Positions 61,429 through 64,000 of a DNA stretch of 64,000 nt are shown here, piece by piece. The notes beneath the pieces are model-generated. The model was not told the DNA's origin. It saw only the letters and a program-made list of their open reading frames with translations, and searched no databases. The DNA is taken from NCBI GenBank assembly GCA_900551865.1, contig URXV01000005.1, positions 29,535 to 93,534 on the forward strand, in the 5' to 3' direction. Each line of letters starts with the position of its first letter. Positions within the stretch are counted from its first letter, which is position 1. The DNA is from an uncultured Rickettsiales bacterium (GTDB lineage Bacteria; Pseudomonadota; Alphaproteobacteria; RF32; CAG-239). Both the position numbers and the translations under genes were made by a program.

Positions 61429-63038
61429 GTTTTGATTTGACCGAACTGAACGGCAGAAAATTATATGAGCGGGAGGCTGGCATTCTGCTGCCTGTAATGA
61501 GCCTGCCCGGAAAATACGGCATAGGGGATTTGGGTAACGAGGCGCGCTGGTTTATCGACGTGCTGCAAAATTCGGGACAGCAGCTCTGGGCCATGCTGCC
61601 CAACGGCCCGGTCGGCTACGGCAACAGTCCGTATCAGAGTCTGAGTTCCTGCGCCGGCAACCATTATTATATTTCTCCCGACAAATTGATGGAGGAGGGG
61701 CTGCTGCGTCCGCAGGATTTGTCCGGATTGGACTTCGGTTCCGACCCGGTGGATATAGATTACGGAAAACTGTTCGCCTCGCGGGAAAAAATGCTTCGCC
61801 GTGCTTTCGGGCGCTGGATGATGCAGGGCGGACATCAGTCGGACGATTTTTTGGCCTTTCGTTTTAAAAACCACGGCTGGCTTGACGACTACGCCATGTT
61901 TATGTCCGTCAAAGGCAGGCTGGAAAATGCCCCTTGGTACAAATGGCCCGACGGATTAAAGTTCCGCGAAAAAAATACGATGTGCAATCTTCGCCGCAAC
62001 CTTAACGAAGACATCACTTTCTGGAGATTTACGCAGTTTCAGTTTTTCCGGCAGTGGGAACAGTTAAAGGAGTATGCTCATCAAAAAGGCGTCAAGCTGA
62101 TAGGAGATATGCCGTTTTATGTAAACCACGACAGCGCCGACGTCTGGAGCCGCCGCGAGTTGTTTGACTTAAACCCCGACGGCAGCATCAAGCTGTTTTC
62201 AGGCATTCCGTCAGGTAACAGGGACATCCGCTGGGGAAATCCCTGCTATGACTGGGATAGAATGAAAGCGAAAAATTACGATTGGCTGGCGGAACGTATC
62301 CGCATCGGCGCCGGGATGTATGACATTATGCGCATCGACCATGCCGTGGCGTTTGTCCATTATTACGGCATCAAAGACGACGGTGCGCGCGGCGTATGGT
62401 ATCCGGGGCCGGACAGCGACAGGGCATCAGCCACCGGCATTATCGACTGTGTTGCCCGGGAACGCAATATGGATATTATTGTCGAAAACCTCGGCAATAA
62501 CAATCAGCGAACGCATGATTTGTATGACCAGCTGAACTGGCTCGGTATGCGCATTTTTCAACATACCGTCGGCGATATGCATTACGGGACGCGCAATATT
62601 CACCTGCCGCAGATGTATCCGCAGAATGTCGCGGCATACACCGGAACGCACGATAATGAAACATTGGCCGGCCTTCTGGCGCACAAAAGTGATGACGATC
62701 TGGAGTACATGATGACGTATCTGAAGGCTTCCAAACGCGAGGATTTGGTCTGGAACGCCATTGACGCCCTGTATAATTCTTCGGCGGCAAAAGTCATCAT
62801 TCCGGTTCAGGACGTTATGTCGTTGGGCAACGAAAGCCGGATATGTTATGAACACGATTTTGAAAAATCCTGGCGTTGGCGTCTGGATAAAATATCCAGT
62901 ATCAGCGAGGTCATGCAGAACCGTCTGCGCGGTATTGCCGTTTTGTCGGGGCGGGGTCATATGGACGACGCGCGGATTAAAAGCAGCGGCTGGAAGGAAA
63001 TATACCGCAAGGCACGGATAGACCGTTACGGACGGTAG
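61425..63038 (+). CDS. malQ: 4-alpha-glucanotransferase (amylomaltase, GH77)
   Basis: GILLPVMSLPGKYGIGDLG, PYQSLSSCAGN, GDMPFYVNHDSADVW, RIDH and the TGTHDN region. Confidence 0.9.
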   Translation: MSFDLTELNGRKLYEREAGILLPVMSLPGKYGIGDLGNEARWFIDVLQNSGQQLWAMLPNGPVGYGNSPYQSLSSCAGNHYYISPDKLMEEGLLRPQDLSGLDFGSDPVDIDYGKLFASREKMLRRAFGRWMMQGGHQSDDFLAFRFKNHGWLDDYAMFMSVKGRLENAPWYKWPDGLKFREKNTMCNLRRNLNEDITFWRFTQFQFFRQWEQLKEYAHQKGVKLIGDMPFYVNHDSADVWSRRELFDLNPDGSIKLFSGIPSGNRDIRWGNPCYDWDRMKAKNYDWLAERIRIGAGMYDIMRIDHAVAFVHYYGIKDDGARGVWYPGPDSDRASATGIIDCVARERNMDIIVENLGNNNQRTHDLYDQLNWLGMRIFQHTVGDMHYGTRNIHLPQMYPQNVAAYTGTHDNETLAGLLAHKSDDDLEYMMTYLKASKREDLVWNAIDALYNSSAAKVIIPVQDVMSLGNESRICYEHDFEKSWRWRLDKISSISEVMQNRLRGIAVLSGRGHMDDARIKSSGWKEIYRKARIDRYGR

Positions 63039-63100
63039 GGCAGGCGGCGGAAAACCGTCGGGTCGCCGAAAAGTATATTCAGGAAAACGAGGAGAATAAA

Positions 63101-64000
63101 ATGAAACATGCGGAAAAATATATCAACGGAGACAGCTACAACCGTTCCGCCGGGATTTTGCTGCCGGTCTTCAGCCTGCCGTCGCCGTATGGCATCGGCG
63201 ATATGGGAGAGGGGGCGTACCGGTTTGTCGATATGCTGCGGGAAGCCGGACAAACGCTGTGGGAGGTTTTGCCTCACGGGCAGACCGGCTACTGCAACAG
63301 CCCGTATAAAACCCTCAGTGCTTTTGCCGGAAACCCGTATTTTATTGCGCCGGATATGCTGGAAAAAGACGGTTTGCTTTTACCGGGGGAAGCGGAACAG
63401 TATGACTTTGGTGCAAATTCGGCTGATATTGATTATGGCAGGCTGTTTGCAGCAAGGTTTAAGCTTTTGCGTTTGGCGTTCGACAGGTTTTGTGCCCGCG
63501 GCGGCAAAAGTGATTCCGGATTTTTGGCTTTCCGCCGCAAAAATGCCGTCTGGCTTTCCGATTACGCCCTGTTTATGGCGTTAAAGGAACACTTCGGCTG
63601 GAAACCCTGGAACGAATGGGAAGAAGGGGCGGCTTTCCGCCAGCCGGAAGTACTGCGCGGTTATCGCCGCCGCCTGGCAGTTTCCGTTTTGTTCTGGCAG
63701 TTTGTTCAGTACGAATTTTTTTGCCAGTGGCATCAGTTAAAGGAGTATGCGGGACGAAACGGCATAAAAATAATCGGCGATTTGCCTTTTTACGTTGCTT
63801 ACGACAGTGCCGACGTCTGGAGCCGCCGAAATATTTTTGCCGTCAATCCGGAAGATGCGTCCGTAACCTTGTCGGCTGGCGTGCCGGGAGACTGTTTCGC
63901 CTCCCATACTCGCAGTTGGGATATGCCGTGCTACGATTGGCCGGCCGCCGCTGCGGACAAATTCCGCTGGCACTTGGCGCGTTTTCGTTTTTATGCCGGT
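63101..64000 (+). CDS. malQ: 4-alpha-glucanotransferase paralog, partial (runs off the right edge)
   Basis: Hand translation MKHAEKYINGDSYNRSAGILLPVFSLPSPYGIGDMGEGAYRFVDML...GDLPFYVAYDSADVW. GAGGAG SD. Open to base 64000, so absent from the ORF track. Confidence 0.85.
   Translation, partial: MKHAEKYINGDSYNRSAGILLPVFSLPSPYGIGDMGEGAYRFVDMLREAGQTLWEVLPHGQTGYCNSPYKTLSAFAGNPYFIAPDMLEKDGLLLPGEAEQYDFGANSADIDYGRLFAARFKLLRLAFDRFCARGGKSDSGFLAFRRKNAVWLSDYALFMALKEHFGWKPWNEWEEGAAFRQPEVLRGYRRRLAVSVLFWQFVQYEFFCQWHQLKEYAGRNGIKIIGDLPFYVAYDSADVWSRRNIFAVNPEDASVTLSAGVPGDCFASHTRSWDMPCYDWPAAAADKFRWHLARFRFYAG

Overview
64-kb chromosomal segment of a Gram-negative, probably anaerobic and host-associated bacterium. 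Evidence for that: an autotransporter, lipoproteins with lipoboxes, a proteobacterial-type Psd and a flavin-reductase/rubredoxin fusion. Composition is roughly balanced except for a visibly AT-rich island at about 41-49.4 kb. I found no rRNA, tRNA, CRISPR array, integrase or transposase. Recognisable housekeeping genes are dut, trkH, psd, Hrb-like rubredoxin, a secreted nitroreductase, an epimerase/SDR pair and two tandem malQ genes. Accessory content, in order: (1) a Pmp-repeat autotransporter. (2) A five-gene operon at 11.4-21.9 kb encoding an HExxH/Q-rich/vWA protein, an enlarged AAA_5 (MoxR-like) ATPase, a small protein and two large paralogous helical proteins. A convergent 1210-aa membrane protein ends in the same C-terminal motif as the ATPase. 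(3) Lipoprotein genes, two of them behind a terminator/antiterminator leader. (4) An ~18-kb glycan-biosynthesis cluster at 31-49 kb. Its AT-rich distal part holds a ~1850-codon multidomain ORF (GT2, second GT, TupA-like ATP-grasp, DUF1796, coiled coil, methyltransferase) broken by one in-frame TGA, and a GtrB-like gene broken by one in-frame TAA. (5) At 50.3-57.5 kb, three membrane-anchored J-domain proteins, two of them in convergent pairs with ~480-500-aa unknown paralogs. An old ~2.96-kb tandem duplication here has a junction I can read at about 54524. The two candidates for an undescribed system are the vWA/AAA_5 operon and the J-domain/partner modules. Function calls come from motifs read by eye, and no database search was possible.
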